DNA from: an uncultured Collinsella sp. | GTDB taxonomy: Bacteria > Actinomycetota > Coriobacteriia > Coriobacteriales > Coriobacteriaceae | Assembly: GCA_900545165.1 (NCBI GenBank) | Contig: UQYA01000002.1 | Coordinates: forward strand, 2,543 to 66,542 | Length of the DNA: 64,000 nucleotides | Reading direction: 5' to 3' | Shown: in pieces, positions 40,766 through 51,453 of the stretch | Layout: the number at the start of each line of letters is the position of its first letter | How positions within the stretch are numbered: the first letter of the stretch is position 1 | Translations under genes and position numbers: made by a program | Notes under the pieces: generated by a model | The model's input: the letters and a program-made list of their open reading frames with translations, nothing else | Told to the model about the DNA's origin: nothing | Database searches by the model: none

Positions 40766-43261
40766 ATGACCGCAACCGCCAGTCGAACCACTAACCGCAG
40801 GCCCGAGCTTTTGGCCCCCGCCGGAGGGCCCGAGCCCTTTGTCGCCGCACTCGCCGCCGGGGCAGACGCCATCTATTGCGGCATGGGCAGCTTCAACGCC
40901 CGCCGCAAGGCTACCAACTTTACCGACGAGGCCTTTGAGCAGGCCTGCCGCGCCGCACATCTAGCCGGGTCGCGCGTCTACGTCACGGTCAACATCGTCA
41001 TCAAGCAGTCCGAGATGGGCGATGCGCTGCAACTCATCCATCGCTGCTCCACGCTGGGCGCCGATGCCTTCATTATCCAGGACTGGGGTCTGTTCTTTGA
41101 GGTCAAGCGCACGATGCCCGGCATCGAGACGCACATCTCAACCCAAGCAAACATCCACGACGACCGCGGAACCCTTTGGTGCCGTGAGCAGGGCGCCGAC
41201 CGAGTGACCTTGTCGCGCGAGCTCTCCATTGACGAGATCGCCGCCATCCACGACGCCGCACCCGATGTGGACCTCGAGGTCTTTAGCCACGGTGCCATCT
41301 GCTTTTGCTACTCGGGCCTGTGCCTGCTCTCGAGCTTTGCCATGGCGGGCCGCTCGGCCAACCGCGGCATGTGCGCCCAGCCCTGCCGCCTGCCCTACGA
41401 GCTGATCGACGAGAACGGCCGCTCGCTCTCCCCTGCCGGTCGCGAGCGCGCGCTGTGCCCGCGCGACACCAACACGTCGCAGCTTGTTCGCCGTCTGTAT
41501 GACGCCGGCGCCGCATCGCTCAAGCTCGAGGGCCGCATGAAGGCCCCCGATTACGTGTATTCCATCGTCGATGTGTATCGTCACCAGATTGATGACATGC
41601 TGGCCGATGTTTCGACCTCCAAGGATGAGGATGCCGCCCGCCAGCGACAGCTCAAGCGCTGCTTTAACCGCGACTTTACGCACGCCTACCAGGATGGCAC
41701 CTCGGGCGACGAGATGATGAGCTACGAGCGCTCCAACAACCGCGGCCAGATTGTGGGCACGGTGCTGGGCAGCCGTCTGGCCAACCGCGATGTACGCGGA
41801 CTCAAGCCCGACGACCGCCGTCGCCGCGCCGCCATCGCCCGCATTGAGCTGTTTGAGCCCGTGGGCAAGGGCGACCTGCTGGAGCTTCGTCACGATAACG
41901 AGTTTGACCAGTTCCTGACCACCATTGCCGCCGATGATGCCGCCGCGGGCGACATCATCGAGTGCCGCGTGCCCCGCAGCATGCCCGAGGGCTGCCGCGT
42001 GCGCGTGATTCGAAGCCAGCGCGCCATTGACGCCGCCGGGGCTGCGCTCAAACGCGATGTGCTGCGCCGCCGCGCCGTAGACGTGTCCGTTGTGACGCGT
42101 CTGGGCGAGCCGTTTACCGTTACGCTCACCTGCTGCGACGACCCTTCGCTTACGGCCACGGCCACGGGCTTTACCGTCGAGGCTGCCAAGACCCGCGCCG
42201 TCGAGGCATCCGATCTGGTTGAGCACGTCGGGCGCATGGGCTCCTCTCCCTTTGAGGCCGCAAGCTTTGACGTTTCGCTCGACGCCGGCTGCGGTATGGG
42301 CTTTTCCGCCGTGCACAAGGTGCGCACCGCCGCTTGTAAGGCGCTGGAAGAGGCCATTCTGGCACCGTACGAGGAGCGCGCGAAAACGCTCGAGCTGCCG
42401 GCGATTGTAACCAGTGATTCCCGCCCCGCGCCCGAGCACTACCGCGATGAGCCGCAAATCTGCGCCACCGTCACCTCGCTCGAGGCCGCCGAGGCTGCTC
42501 GCGCCGAGGGTGCAACGCGCATCTACATGACCACCGACGCGCTCGATGCGGCCGAGCTCTCCCCCGCCGATGCATTTGAGCAGGGCATCGTACCCGTGCT
42601 CGACGAGGTCTGCCGCGCCGTTGACCACGTACGCATCGACCCGTGGGTTGTTGCCGGCGCCACGGTCGCTATTGGCAACATCTCTGAGCTTGCCCTGGCC
42701 GCCCAGGTTGGCGCCACGGCCGAGATTCGCTCTTGCCTGCCGGTGCACAACACGCCCTGCATGGAGGCGCTTGCCGAGCGCGGAGCCGGTGCGTTTTGGC
42801 TCTCGCCCGAGATCACGCTCGACGAGATTGTCTCGCTCGGCGCCGCGGCGCCCGCGACTCTGGGCATCACCGTCTTTGGCCGCCCGCGCGTCATGACAAG
42901 CGAGCACTGCATCCTGCAGGTGGCCAATGGCTGCATCCACGATTGTGCCAACTGCCGCCTGCGTGCCCGCAAGCTCTCGCTCAAGAATATCGACGGCAAG
43001 GTCATGCCGGTGCGTACCGACATCCACGGCCGCTCACGCTTGTACGACGCCTACCCCATCGACCTCACGCCTCAGGTTCCACAGTTACTCGATGCCGGCG
43101 TGCGCCGTCTTATGGTCGACGGAACCCTGCTCGAGGCCGATGAGATCGCCCGTGCCGTCGCTCGCGTCCGTCGCGCCGTCGAGGCGGCTCAAGCCGGCCG
43201 CAAGCCCGCCGCCCGCCTGCGCGGGGCGACCTCGGGCTGCATGTTTGTGGGAATCAGCTAA
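40766..43261 (+). CDS. U32-family peptidase-like protein, long form
   Basis: 831 aa. It has PELLAPAGGPEPFVAALAAGADAIYCG and the U32 signature EVFSHGAICFCYSGLCLLS. Confidence 0.8.
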   Translation: MTATASRTTNRRPELLAPAGGPEPFVAALAAGADAIYCGMGSFNARRKATNFTDEAFEQACRAAHLAGSRVYVTVNIVIKQSEMGDALQLIHRCSTLGADAFIIQDWGLFFEVKRTMPGIETHISTQANIHDDRGTLWCREQGADRVTLSRELSIDEIAAIHDAAPDVDLEVFSHGAICFCYSGLCLLSSFAMAGRSANRGMCAQPCRLPYELIDENGRSLSPAGRERALCPRDTNTSQLVRRLYDAGAASLKLEGRMKAPDYVYSIVDVYRHQIDDMLADVSTSKDEDAARQRQLKRCFNRDFTHAYQDGTSGDEMMSYERSNNRGQIVGTVLGSRLANRDVRGLKPDDRRRRAAIARIELFEPVGKGDLLELRHDNEFDQFLTTIAADDAAAGDIIECRVPRSMPEGCRVRVIRSQRAIDAAGAALKRDVLRRRAVDVSVVTRLGEPFTVTLTCCDDPSLTATATGFTVEAAKTRAVEASDLVEHVGRMGSSPFEAASFDVSLDAGCGMGFSAVHKVRTAACKALEEAILAPYEERAKTLELPAIVTSDSRPAPEHYRDEPQICATVTSLEAAEAARAEGATRIYMTTDALDAAELSPADAFEQGIVPVLDEVCRAVDHVRIDPWVVAGATVAIGNISELALAAQVGATAEIRSCLPVHNTPCMEALAERGAGAFWLSPEITLDEIVSLGAAAPATLGITVFGRPRVMTSEHCILQVANGCIHDCANCRLRARKLSLKNIDGKVMPVRTDIHGRSRLYDAYPIDLTPQVPQLLDAGVRRLMVDGTLLEADEIARAVARVRRAVEAAQAGRKPAARLRGATSGCMFVGIS

Positions 43262-43276
43262 CCGAAAGGCTTACAC

Positions 43277-43936
43277 GTGAACGAAGAACCTCAAGTCCTT
43301 TACTGCGACGCCTGGCTCATGGCCATCGACAAGCCCGCCGGCATGATCGTCCACGGCGACGGCACCGGCGAGCGCACGCTCACCGACTACGCCAGCGACC
43401 TGCTGCTGGCGATGGGCGACGGCTTTGCCGCGACCGACATGCAGCCGCTCAATCGCCTGGACCGTGACACCACCGGCGTGGTGCTGTTCTCGCTCGACAA
43501 GCAGACGCAGCCCGCCTTTGACCAGATGATCATCGACCACGCTTTCGAAAAGCACTACCTGGCGCTCGCCGAGGGCAAGATCGACTGGAACGAGAAGCTC
43601 ATCGACAAGCCTATCGCTCGCGATCGCCACGATAGCCGCAAGATGCGTGTCGGCGCCAGCGGAAAGCCCTCTCAGACGCGCGTCAAGGTGCTCAAGCGCC
43701 TTAAGAGCCGCCGTGGCCTGCCCACGCGCTCGTATATTGATGTCGAGTTGCTCACCGGCCGCAAACACCAAATCCGTGTGCATCTGGCGAGCGAGCGTCA
43801 TCCCCTGGTTGGCGACGACCTGTACGGCACGCCGCGCCCCTGCGGCCTGATGCTCCACGCCCACAGCGTGTCCTTCACGCATCCCGTAACCGGCGAGCAC
43901 ATCCACATCGAAGCCCCCTGCCCCTGGGAGCCCTAA
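43277..43936 (+). CDS. RluA-family pseudouridine synthase
   Basis: 219 aa, GTG start. The catalytic-Asp context is LNRLDRDTTGVVLFS, and HQIRVHL is also present. Confidence 0.8.
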   Translation: MNEEPQVLYCDAWLMAIDKPAGMIVHGDGTGERTLTDYASDLLLAMGDGFAATDMQPLNRLDRDTTGVVLFSLDKQTQPAFDQMIIDHAFEKHYLALAEGKIDWNEKLIDKPIARDRHDSRKMRVGASGKPSQTRVKVLKRLKSRRGLPTRSYIDVELLTGRKHQIRVHLASERHPLVGDDLYGTPRPCGLMLHAHSVSFTHPVTGEHIHIEAPCPWEP

Positions 43937-43996
43937 ACCACCACAATGGGGACAGGCGCCTTCGCGGTGGTTTTGGCCTTAGCCCGTCCCCTGCTG

Positions 43997-44743
43997 TTAG
44001 ACCGTGATGACGTTGTCCATTGCCTGGTACTTGGCGGGGACCTCGCCTGCGGTAATAATCGTTGCGTCGCGGAAGTCCGCGAACTTGATGGGCGCCACCA
44101 TGCCAAATTTACTGGCGTCCGAGATTACGAAGCGCTTGGCCGTATGGCGCATCGAGATACGCTTTACTTGCGCCTCCTCGATATCGGGCGCCGTGAAGCC
44201 CTGCTCGGCTGCAATGCCGTTAGAGCCCCAAAAGCCACAGTTGAAGTTGTAGCGGTCTAAGGTTGCCAAGGCATCGGGGCCAACGAGCGCCTCGGTCTCG
44301 GGTTTGAGCTCGCCGCCCAGCACCACGGTACGCATGCCGCGCAAAGCAAGGCGCTGAGCATGGAGCACGGAATCGGTCACATAGGTGACATCTTCAAGGT
44401 GTGGAAGATGCTCGATGAGCCTGAGCGTCGTCGAGCCCGAGTCGATGTATACAAAGCTCTCAGGCTCCACAAGCGCCGCCGCACGGGCGCAGATACGCTC
44501 CTTGTCGTCGTTATGGAGGTCGCTGCGCTCATTAAGCGTTAGGTCGCGCGTCACGTGCGCGCGCTCAAGACTCGTCGCCCCACCGTGGACCTTGGCGATA
44601 CGGTGCGCTCGGTCGAGCGTCTGCAGGTCGCGCCGAATGGTAGACGCCGTCACGCCCAGGGCCTCAGCAAGCTCCGGCACGGTAACCGAGCCGGCCTGCT
44701 GCACCATCGACACGATCGCATTGAGCCTATCTTCCGCAAGCAT
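43997..44743 (-). CDS. DeoR/GlpR-family transcriptional regulator
   Basis: 248 aa. N-terminal HTH is VTVPELAEALGVTASTIRRDLQTLD, followed by a DeoR C-terminal sensor domain. Confidence 0.8.
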   Translation of the reverse strand: MLAEDRLNAIVSMVQQAGSVTVPELAEALGVTASTIRRDLQTLDRAHRIAKVHGGATSLERAHVTRDLTLNERSDLHNDDKERICARAAALVEPESFVYIDSGSTTLRLIEHLPHLEDVTYVTDSVLHAQRLALRGMRTVVLGGELKPETEALVGPDALATLDRYNFNCGFWGSNGIAAEQGFTAPDIEEAQVKRISMRHTAKRFVISDASKFGMVAPIKFADFRDATIITAGEVPAKYQAMDNVITV

Positions 44744-44746
44744 CGC

Positions 44747-45826
44747 TTACTCCTCCTCGGGGTACACGACTCCCCAATCGGCGCGGAGCTTGGTCATAAG
44801 CTCCATTACATCAGAAGCATAATCCAGCAGCTCGCACTTGGAGTCGTCGCCGGCAACGGCCTTCTCAAGATCGGCCATCTCATAGCAAAGGGCGTAAGCT
44901 TCGGTGCCGGCGTGGACCTCCTCGCGGTGGCCGTCCACAGTCCACACGATGGTCGCGTGATCGGCGCGCGGATACTCGTTGACCTCGATATAGCACTTGT
45001 CGAAGCTGATGACCGAGCGCTTGGGCTGCTTGGAGTGGAGCGTAAGGCTCACAACACCCAGCTGCTGCTCGGCGTTACGGCAGACAATGCCGCCCGCAAC
45101 GTCGACACCTGTCTCACAGGTGTTGCCCAGCGAGACAACCTCAGCGGGCTGGCTCGCCATAAAGAGGCGCATAACGGAGAGCGCATACACGCCAATGTCG
45201 AGCATGGCGCCACCGGCAAGGCTACGGTTGTAGAAGCGGTTGGTCAGGTCGCCGTACTCCTTATAGCTGCCAAAGTTGAGCTGAGCGAGATTCATGCGGC
45301 CGAACTCGCCGACATCCATGCGACGACGCAGCTCCTGATACAAGGGCATGTGAAGCACCGTGGTGGCGTCCATAAGGACCACGTTGTGCTCGTCGGCAAT
45401 GGCGCGGGCCTCGTCAAGCTCGGCGGAATTAAGGGTAATGGCCTTCTCGCAGAGCACGTGCTTGCCAGCTGCCAGAGCGGCTCGCAGGTAGGTGATATGC
45501 GTGTTGTGCGGCGTGGTGATATAGACTGCGTCAATGTTCGGATCGGCGTAGAGGTCTTCGACCGTTTCATAGACCCTCTCAACGCCATACTGCTCTGCAA
45601 AAGCTTGAGCCTTGGACAGAGTGCGGTTGGCAACGCCCGCAAGCTTGCGGCCGGCAAGAGCGAGAGACTGGGCCATCTGGTTGGCGATAACGCCGCACCC
45701 GATCACAGCCCAACGAAGCTCGGGAGCCGTAAAAATATCGTCGGGGAACGGCTGATCCTGGACCGAGGCGAATGCCGCCTTAGCGGCTGCTTCGGCGTCG
45801 AGCGGAGCCTGTTTGGAATCTGCCAT
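44747..45826 (-). CDS. Gfo/Idh/MocA-family NAD(P)-dependent oxidoreductase
   Basis: 359 aa. Rossmann motif is WAVIGCGVIANQ and EKA is present in VLCEKAITL. There is a 3-nt gap to the DeoR gene. Confidence 0.8.
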   Translation of the reverse strand: MADSKQAPLDAEAAAKAAFASVQDQPFPDDIFTAPELRWAVIGCGVIANQMAQSLALAGRKLAGVANRTLSKAQAFAEQYGVERVYETVEDLYADPNIDAVYITTPHNTHITYLRAALAAGKHVLCEKAITLNSAELDEARAIADEHNVVLMDATTVLHMPLYQELRRRMDVGEFGRMNLAQLNFGSYKEYGDLTNRFYNRSLAGGAMLDIGVYALSVMRLFMASQPAEVVSLGNTCETGVDVAGGIVCRNAEQQLGVVSLTLHSKQPKRSVISFDKCYIEVNEYPRADHATIVWTVDGHREEVHAGTEAYALCYEMADLEKAVAGDDSKCELLDYASDVMELMTKLRADWGVVYPEEE

Positions 45827-45967
45827 GATGTGCCTCCTAAGTCATCGGAAGTCCTTCATTTCTAACAACCCTATATTCGCACAATTGCGCGCGTATCTGC
45901 TCGTGTTTGCGTGTTTATTTGCTTATCAGTCTTTATTTAGCCATAGTTGCCAGATGTTTGTGCAGTT

Positions 45968-46007
45968 ATGCGCATTATCGCGCAAGGCTATGCGTATAAA
46001 TGCGCAT
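45968..46007. promoter_or_regulatory. cluster of ATGCG(C/T)AT palindromes upstream of the oxidoreductase-DeoR operon
   Basis: ATGCGCAT at 45968-45975, ATGCGTAT at 45989-45996, ATGCGCAT at 46000-46007. Confidence 0.3.
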
Positions 46008-46154
46008 GCGACGATCCTTGTGAAACATAAAGGGGCAGAGCACCATAGCCATAAAAGACAGAGTAGGCCGTATTACTCCACCCCTCTGGGGGCATCAGAC
46101 AACAAAGGACCGTCCCAAACTGTCGGCACATTGAGACTGTCCCCCAACGACTGG

Positions 46155-46213
46155 TCATTTAAGTCTGTCCCCAATGAATGCAACGGCCACTCATTTAAGT
46201 CTGTCCCCAATGA
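46155..46213. repeat. 23-bp perfect direct repeat x2
   Basis: TCATTTAAGTCTGTCCCCAATGA occurs at 46155-46177 and 46191-46213. Confidence 0.8.
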
Positions 46214-46223
46214 GTGGGGATAG

Positions 46224-46259
46224 AAAAAGGCCCGGGTGCCGTGGGGCATCCGGGCCTTT
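46224..46259 (-). terminator. rho-independent terminator after rplX
   Basis: On the minus strand: AAAGGCCCGG-(loop)-CCGGGCCTTTTT, 27 nt after the rplX stop. Confidence 0.7.
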
Positions 46260-46285
46260 GCTAGCAACTTGATGTTGCGGGCAGC

Positions 46286-46591
46286 TTAGAACTTGTGGCC
46301 GCACTTCTTGCAGACGCGCAGCTTGTTCTTGCCGTCCTTCTCGTGACCGACGCGGGTAACCTTACCGCACTCGGGGCAAACGAGATTGACGTTGGAGGCG
46401 TCGATGGGAGCCTCCTGCGAAACGATGCCGCCCTGCTGGTTGGCAGCGTTGGGCTTGACGGCCTTCTTGACGACCGAAACGCCCTCGACAACGACCTTGT
46501 TCTCGGCGGGGAGAGCACGCAGGACAACGCCCTGCTTGCCGCGATCCTTACCAGAGAGAACCTGGACCTTATCGCCCTTCTTGATATACAT
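46286..46591 (-). CDS. rplX: 50S ribosomal protein L24 (C4 zinc-ribbon form)
   Basis: [21 protein letters not shown] is the KOW motif. CPECG...CKKCG is in the C-terminal part. Confidence 0.9.
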   Translation of the reverse strand: MYIKKGDKVQVLSGKDRGKQGVVLRALPAENKVVVEGVSVVKKAVKPNAANQQGGIVSQEAPIDASNVNLVCPECGKVTRVGHEKDGKNKLRVCKKCGHKF

Positions 46592-46604
46592 ATATCTCCC
46601 CTAA

Positions 46605-46973
46605 CTACAGGGTCTCGGGAGCGAGCGAGACGATCTTCATGTACTTCTTGTCACGAAGCTCGCGAGCGACAGGCCCGAAGATACGGGTGCCGACGGGCGA
46701 ACCATCGTTGTTGATGACAACGCAGGCGTTCTCATCAAAGCGAATGTAGGAGCCATCCTTGCGGCGGATCTCCTTAACGGTGCGAACGACGACGCAACGG
46801 ACAACGTCCTTCTTCTTGACGTTGGCGCCAGGGGTAGCCTCCTGGACAGCACCGATGAACACATCGCCGATGCCTGCATAACGACGCTTGGAACCGCCAA
46901 GCACCTTGATGCAGCGAATCTTGCGAGCGCCGGAGTTGTCGGCGACGTTCAGCATGGTTTGCATCTGAATCAT
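46605..46973 (-). CDS. rplN: 50S ribosomal protein L14
   Basis: [18 protein letters not shown]... is the near-universal L14 N-terminus. Confidence 0.95.
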   Translation of the reverse strand: MIQMQTMLNVADNSGARKIRCIKVLGGSKRRYAGIGDVFIGAVQEATPGANVKKKDVVRCVVVRTVKEIRRKDGSYIRFDENACVVINNDGSPVGTRIFGPVARELRDKKYMKIVSLAPETL

Positions 46974-47091
46974 GGTAGATGTTCCTCCGAACTAAGAACC
47001 GAAGAGAGGTGCGCAGTCTTTATACGGCCCGTGGTATGCAAGCCAGACATACGCACATCTTCGGAAACGTACAAGTCGTAAGGGCGACTGC

Positions 47092-47352
47092 TTATTTAGC
47101 GCGCTCGACGACCTCGATGAGGCGCCAACGCTTCATCTTGGACATAGGACGGGTCTCCATAACGCGGACGGTATCGCCCACGCCAGCCGTGCACTCCTCG
47201 TCGTGAGCGTGCAGCTTCTTGGAGCTGGTCATCATCTTGCCGTACTTGGGGTGACGCTTGCGCTCGGTGATGGTGACAACAATGGTCTTGGCACCGGAGA
47301 CGGAGGTAACGACACCCGTACGGACCTTACGCGAGTTACGCGAATCAGTCAT
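47092..47352 (-). CDS. rpsQ: 30S ribosomal protein S17
   Basis: 86 aa, reading RKVRTGVVTSVSGAKTIVV...HDE. It lies between rpmC and rplN. Confidence 0.9.
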   Translation of the reverse strand: MTDSRNSRKVRTGVVTSVSGAKTIVVTITERKRHPKYGKMMTSSKKLHAHDEECTAGVGDTVRVMETRPMSKMKRWRLIEVVERAK

Positions 47353-47368
47353 GTTCTCTCCTTAGGTC

Positions 47369-47584
47369 CTACTCGGCGACAGCGGACTTCTCCGCTGCGA
47401 TCTCGCGGGCGCGCTGCTCCGTGAGGACGCGAGCGATGTCCTTCTTCACGGTGTTGACGCGAGCGGTGTTGTCCAGCTGGCTGGTGGCCATCTGGAAACG
47501 AAGGTTAAAGAGCTCGGCGCGCATTTCCTTCAGCTTCTCAACGAGCTGAGCGTCCGAGAGCTCACGAATCTCTGCGGGCTTCAT
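47369..47584 (-). CDS. rpmC: 50S ribosomal protein L29
   Basis: [31 protein letters not shown]. Confidence 0.9.
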   Translation of the reverse strand: MKPAEIRELSDAQLVEKLKEMRAELFNLRFQMATSQLDNTARVNTVKKDIARVLTEQRAREIAAEKSAVAE

Positions 47585-48087
47585 TAGTTCTCCTCCTTGG
47601 CGGCGGCGGCGTCCTCAGCAGCCCACTTGGCCTCGAGAGCGGCCTCCTCAGCCATCTCCTTCTCGATGCGCTGCTCAGCGTTCTTGGCAGCAACAATCTT
47701 GGTCTTGATGGGAAGCTTGTGCTGTGCAAGACGCAGAGCCTCGCGAGCGACCTCCTCGGGCACGCCCTTGACCTCGAACATGATGCGGCCGGGCTTGACG
47801 ACGGCCACCCACTCCTCGGGGTTACCCTTACCAGAACCCATGCGAGTCTCGGCAGGCTTCTTGGTGATGGGCTTATCGGGGAAGATCGTGATGTAGACAC
47901 GACCGCCACGCTTCATGTAGCGGGTCATGGCAATACGAGCGGCCTCGATCTGACGGTTGGTAATCCAATGGGCCTCGAGAGCCTGGATACCAAACTCGCC
48001 GAAATGCAGCTCGGTATTACCCTTGGCCTGGCCCTTCATGGAGCCACGCTGCACCTTGCGGTGAAGAATACGCTTAGGGGCAAGCAC
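47584..48087 (-). CDS. rplP: 50S ribosomal protein L16 (with ~25-30 aa Ala/Glu-rich C-terminal extension)
   Basis: [19 protein letters not shown].... It has TAATG overlaps with both neighbours. Confidence 0.9.
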   Translation of the reverse strand: MLAPKRILHRKVQRGSMKGQAKGNTELHFGEFGIQALEAHWITNRQIEAARIAMTRYMKRGGRVYITIFPDKPITKKPAETRMGSGKGNPEEWVAVVKPGRIMFEVKGVPEEVAREALRLAQHKLPIKTKIVAAKNAEQRIEKEMAEEAALEAKWAAEDAAAAKEEN

Positions 48088-48797
48088 TACTGACCCCTCC
48101 TCTCGGAGTTACGACGACGAGGACGGGAAGAGCCCTCGAGTGCAGGGTTGGGAACAGGCTGGCCCGGGAGCTTCTCGCCCAGGTAGATCCAGACCTTCAC
48201 GCCGCAAGCGCCCATGGTGGTGCTGGCGACAGCCGTGCCGTAGTCGATCTTGGCACGGAGGGTGTGCAGAGGCACGCGACCCTCGCGGTACCACTCACGA
48301 CGGCCCATCTCGGCACCGCCGAGACGACCGGAGCACTGAATACGGATGCCCTTAGCGCCGGCCTTGCGGGCGGACTGGACAGCCTTGCGCATAGCGCGAC
48401 GGAAGGCAACGCGGCCCTCGAGCTGCTCGGCGATAGACTGAGCAACGAGGTTGGCGTCGAGCTCGGGGCGCTTAATCTCGACAACGTCGACGGAGAGCTG
48501 GCCCTTGGAGACGCCAGCGACCTTCTCGAGCTCGGTGCGGAGGGTATCGATCTCGGCACCCTTCTTACCGATGACAACGCCGGGGCGAGCAGTGAGGATG
48601 ATGACCTTCACCTTGTCGCCAGCGCGCTCGATCTCGACACGGGAGACAGCTGCGCGGGAAAGACGCTTCTCGAGGTACTTGCGGATCTCGAGATCGTTAC
48701 CGAGGGTCTTAGCGTAATCCTTCTCTGCGAACCAGCGGGAGCGCCAGTTCTCGGTGATGCCAAGACGGAAGCCGGTGGGGTAGACTTTCTGACCCAT
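48087..48797 (-). CDS. rpsC: 30S ribosomal protein S3
   Basis: [23 protein letters not shown].... Confidence 0.95.
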   Translation of the reverse strand: MGQKVYPTGFRLGITENWRSRWFAEKDYAKTLGNDLEIRKYLEKRLSRAAVSRVEIERAGDKVKVIILTARPGVVIGKKGAEIDTLRTELEKVAGVSKGQLSVDVVEIKRPELDANLVAQSIAEQLEGRVAFRRAMRKAVQSARKAGAKGIRIQCSGRLGGAEMGRREWYREGRVPLHTLRAKIDYGTAVASTTMGACGVKVWIYLGEKLPGQPVPNPALEGSSRPRRRNSERRGQ

Positions 48798-48803
48798 ACA
48801 GCT

Positions 48804-49175
48804 TTACGCCTCCTTTCGAGGAGCAACGACGACGGTGATGTGGGAAGTACGCTTCAGAATGCGAGAAGCGGAACCCTTGGCGCGGGGACGGATGCGCTTA
48901 AGCGTCGGACCCTCGTCAACATAGGCAGCGGCGACAACCAGGTTGTCGGCACGCAGACCGTTGTTGTTCTCGGCGTTCGCAACGGCGGAACGGAGAACCT
49001 TCTCGACATCCACGGCGACGGCGCGGTCGCAGAAGTGGAGGATGTCGAAGGCCTGAGCGACAGGCTTGCGGCGGATCAGATCGACCACCAGGCGGGCCTT
49101 GCTGGGGGAAACACGCACGTACTTAGCGACGGCGCGAACCTCGGTGGCCTCAGTTTCAATAGACTTAGTTGCCAT
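48804..49175 (-). CDS. rplV: 50S ribosomal protein L22
   Basis: ...[25 protein letters not shown].... Confidence 0.9.
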   Translation of the reverse strand: MATKSIETEATEVRAVAKYVRVSPSKARLVVDLIRRKPVAQAFDILHFCDRAVAVDVEKVLRSAVANAENNNGLRADNLVVAAAYVDEGPTLKRIRPRAKGSASRILKRTSHITVVVAPRKEA

Positions 49176-49189
49176 TTACGGTTAACCCC

Positions 49190-49450
49190 CTATTTGGCCT
49201 TGTGGCCACGGAACGTACGAGTCGGCGCGAACTCGCCGAGCTTGTGACCAACCATGGACTCGGTAACATACACGGGCACATGCTTGCGGCCGTCGTGGAC
49301 GGCGATGGTGTGACCAACCATCTCGGGGAAGATGGTGGACGCGCGGGACCAGGTCTTCACGACGTCCTTCTTGCCAGCCTCGTTCATCGCGGTGATACGC
49401 GAGAGAAGGCGAGTCTCCACGAACGGGCCCTTTTTGAGACTTCTGCTCAT
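49190..49450 (-). CDS. rpsS: 30S ribosomal protein S19
   Basis: [16 protein letters not shown].... Confidence 0.95.
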   Translation of the reverse strand: MSRSLKKGPFVETRLLSRITAMNEAGKKDVVKTWSRASTIFPEMVGHTIAVHDGRKHVPVYVTESMVGHKLGEFAPTRTFRGHKAK

Positions 49451-49482
49451 AAGTGCTTTCTCCTAAAACTCGGTATCCGAAA

Positions 49483-50313
49483 TTACTTCTTACGGCGACG
49501 AATGATGTGCTGGTTCGAGACCTTCTTCTTCTTGCGCGTACGAAGGCCCTTCGTCGGCTTACCCCAGGGGGTAACGGAGGGACGACCAGAGGTGTGGTTC
49601 TTGCCCTCGCCACCGCCGTGCGGGTGGTCGACAGGGTTCATGACGGTACCGCGGACGGTCGGGCGCACGTTCATGTGACGCTTACGGCCGGCCTTGCCGA
49701 TGACGATGTTGGAGTGATCGGCGTTGCCGACCTCACCGACGGTGGCGCGGCAGGTAACGAGGATGCGGCGCATCTCGGAGGAAGGCATACGGACGATAGC
49801 GTACTTGCCCTCCTTACCCATCAGCTGGCAGGAGTTACCGGCGGAACGGGCGATAGCGGCGCCCTTGCCCGGCTGGAACTCGACGGCGTGGATGAGCGTA
49901 CCGACGGGGATGTCGGCGAGGGGCAGAGCGTTGCCCGGCTTGATGTCGGCGTCAGAACCGGACATGATGGTCTGACCGACCTCGAGGCCCTTGGGGGCCA
50001 GGATGTAGCGCTTCTCACCGTCAGCGTAGTGCAGCAGAGCGATGCGAGCGGAACGGTTCGGATCGTACTCGATCGTGGCAACCTTGGCAGGCACGCCGTC
50101 CTTGTTGCGCTTGAAGTCGATCACGCGGTAACGACGCTTCACGCCGCCGCCCTGGTGGCGGGTGGTGATGCGGCCGTTGTTGTTACGACCGGCCTTCTTG
50201 GGCAGGGGCTCGAGAAGAGACTTCTCGGGCTTGGTGCAGGTGATCTCGGAGAAGTCGGAGATCGTCTGCCAACGCCTACCAGCGGAGGTCGGCTTAAGGT
50301 GCTTTACAGCCAT
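49483..50313 (-). CDS. rplB: 50S ribosomal protein L2
   Basis: ORF trimmed to ATG 50313. It reads [17 protein letters not shown]... and has ...HPHGGGEGK. Confidence 0.95.
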   Translation of the reverse strand: MAVKHLKPTSAGRRWQTISDFSEITCTKPEKSLLEPLPKKAGRNNNGRITTRHQGGGVKRRYRVIDFKRNKDGVPAKVATIEYDPNRSARIALLHYADGEKRYILAPKGLEVGQTIMSGSDADIKPGNALPLADIPVGTLIHAVEFQPGKGAAIARSAGNSCQLMGKEGKYAIVRMPSSEMRRILVTCRATVGEVGNADHSNIVIGKAGRKRHMNVRPTVRGTVMNPVDHPHGGGEGKNHTSGRPSVTPWGKPTKGLRTRKKKKVSNQHIIRRRKK

Positions 50314-50492
50314 TACAATCCCTTTCAATAGGAATCCGTTAGCCATCGCAGACAGGGATTCGAGGTTCTGCCTCGGGTGCGATGACACCGGACGTATACA
50401 CGGTTCCGGGCGTGTCCATTTAATACGCCCAAAACCTCGAGCTCTCGCCTCCCCTATTTGGGAGGCATGAGCTCAGTCAACAGCAGCGAGTC

Positions 50493-50780
50493 TTAGGCCT
50501 GGTTGCCAAAGACCTCGATGGTGTCGCCCTCGGCCAGCGTGACGATGGCCTTCTTCCAAGAACGGGTCTTGCCGGCGACATAGCGCACGCGCTTGGTCTT
50601 GGGCTTGACCGTCAGGGTGTTCACGCGAACGACCTTGACGCCGAAGATCTCCTCGACAGCGTCCTTGATCTGATACTTGTTAGCATCCTTGGCGACCTCG
50701 AACGTGTACTTGTTCTGCTCCATGCCGGAGAAGGAACGCTCGGACACGATCGGACGGATGATGATCTCGTGGGCGGTCAT
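50493..50780 (-). CDS. rplW: 50S ribosomal protein L23
   Basis: 95 aa, reading ...IIRPIVSERSF.... It lies between rplD and rplB. Confidence 0.9.
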   Translation of the reverse strand: MTAHEIIIRPIVSERSFSGMEQNKYTFEVAKDANKYQIKDAVEEIFGVKVVRVNTLTVKPKTKRVRYVAGKTRSWKKAIVTLAEGDTIEVFGNQA

Positions 50781-51407
50781 TTATGCAAGCACCTCCCCGA
50801 AGTGAGCGGCGATGTCGGCGGGCATCACCACGGCGTTGTTGTTGACGAGATCGTAGGTGTTGGCCTCGTCAGCGGTGATGATGAACGTCTTGGGAATGTT
50901 GCGGAACGACAGGTAGGCGTTGACGTCCTCATCGCGAACGATGATGGTCAGACGCTTGCCCTCAAGGCCGAGAGCCTTGAGCATGGCAACGGCAGCCTTG
51001 GTGGAAGGCTTCTCGAAGCCGTAGTCGTCGACGAGCACGAGCTCGCCATCGGCCAGCTTGGCGGACAGCGCGGAGCGCATAGCCAGCTTGACCTCCTTGT
51101 TGTTCATACGCTTAGCGTAGGAACGGGGCTTGGGGGCGAAGACAACGCCACCGTGACGCCACTGGGCAGCACGGATGGAACCCTGGCGGGCACGGCCGGT
51201 GCCCTTCTGACGCCAAGGCTTCTTGCCGCCACCGGAAACCTCAGAGCGGCCCTTAGCGGACTGGGTGCCCTGACGCCAAGAGGCCATCTGGCACTTGACG
51301 ATGTGGTGCATAACGTGGATGTTCGGCTCGATGCCGTACACCTCAGCGGCGAGCTCGGCCTCGGCGACCTTCTTGCCCTCGCTGTTCTTTACTTCAAACT
51401 TTGCCAT
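50781..51407 (-). CDS. rplD: 50S ribosomal protein L4
   Basis: ...GGGKKPWRQKGTGRARQGS.... Confidence 0.95.
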   Translation of the reverse strand: MAKFEVKNSEGKKVAEAELAAEVYGIEPNIHVMHHIVKCQMASWRQGTQSAKGRSEVSGGGKKPWRQKGTGRARQGSIRAAQWRHGGVVFAPKPRSYAKRMNNKEVKLAMRSALSAKLADGELVLVDDYGFEKPSTKAAVAMLKALGLEGKRLTIIVRDEDVNAYLSFRNIPKTFIITADEANTYDLVNNNAVVMPADIAAHFGEVLA

Positions 51408-51453
51408 TTAAGTGTTCTCCTTGGTATGACGCTGGGCTAAATGGGCTGGGCCC

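Noticed and set aside
40468-40872. ORFs 40468..40677 (+) and 40519..40872 (-), both containing MIRFPPSP
   Set aside because: They are mirror-image artefacts of the 26-bp palindrome at 40588-40659.
41138-43027. 629-aa minus-strand ORF
   Set aside because: It is antisense to the U32 gene, which carries the family signature.
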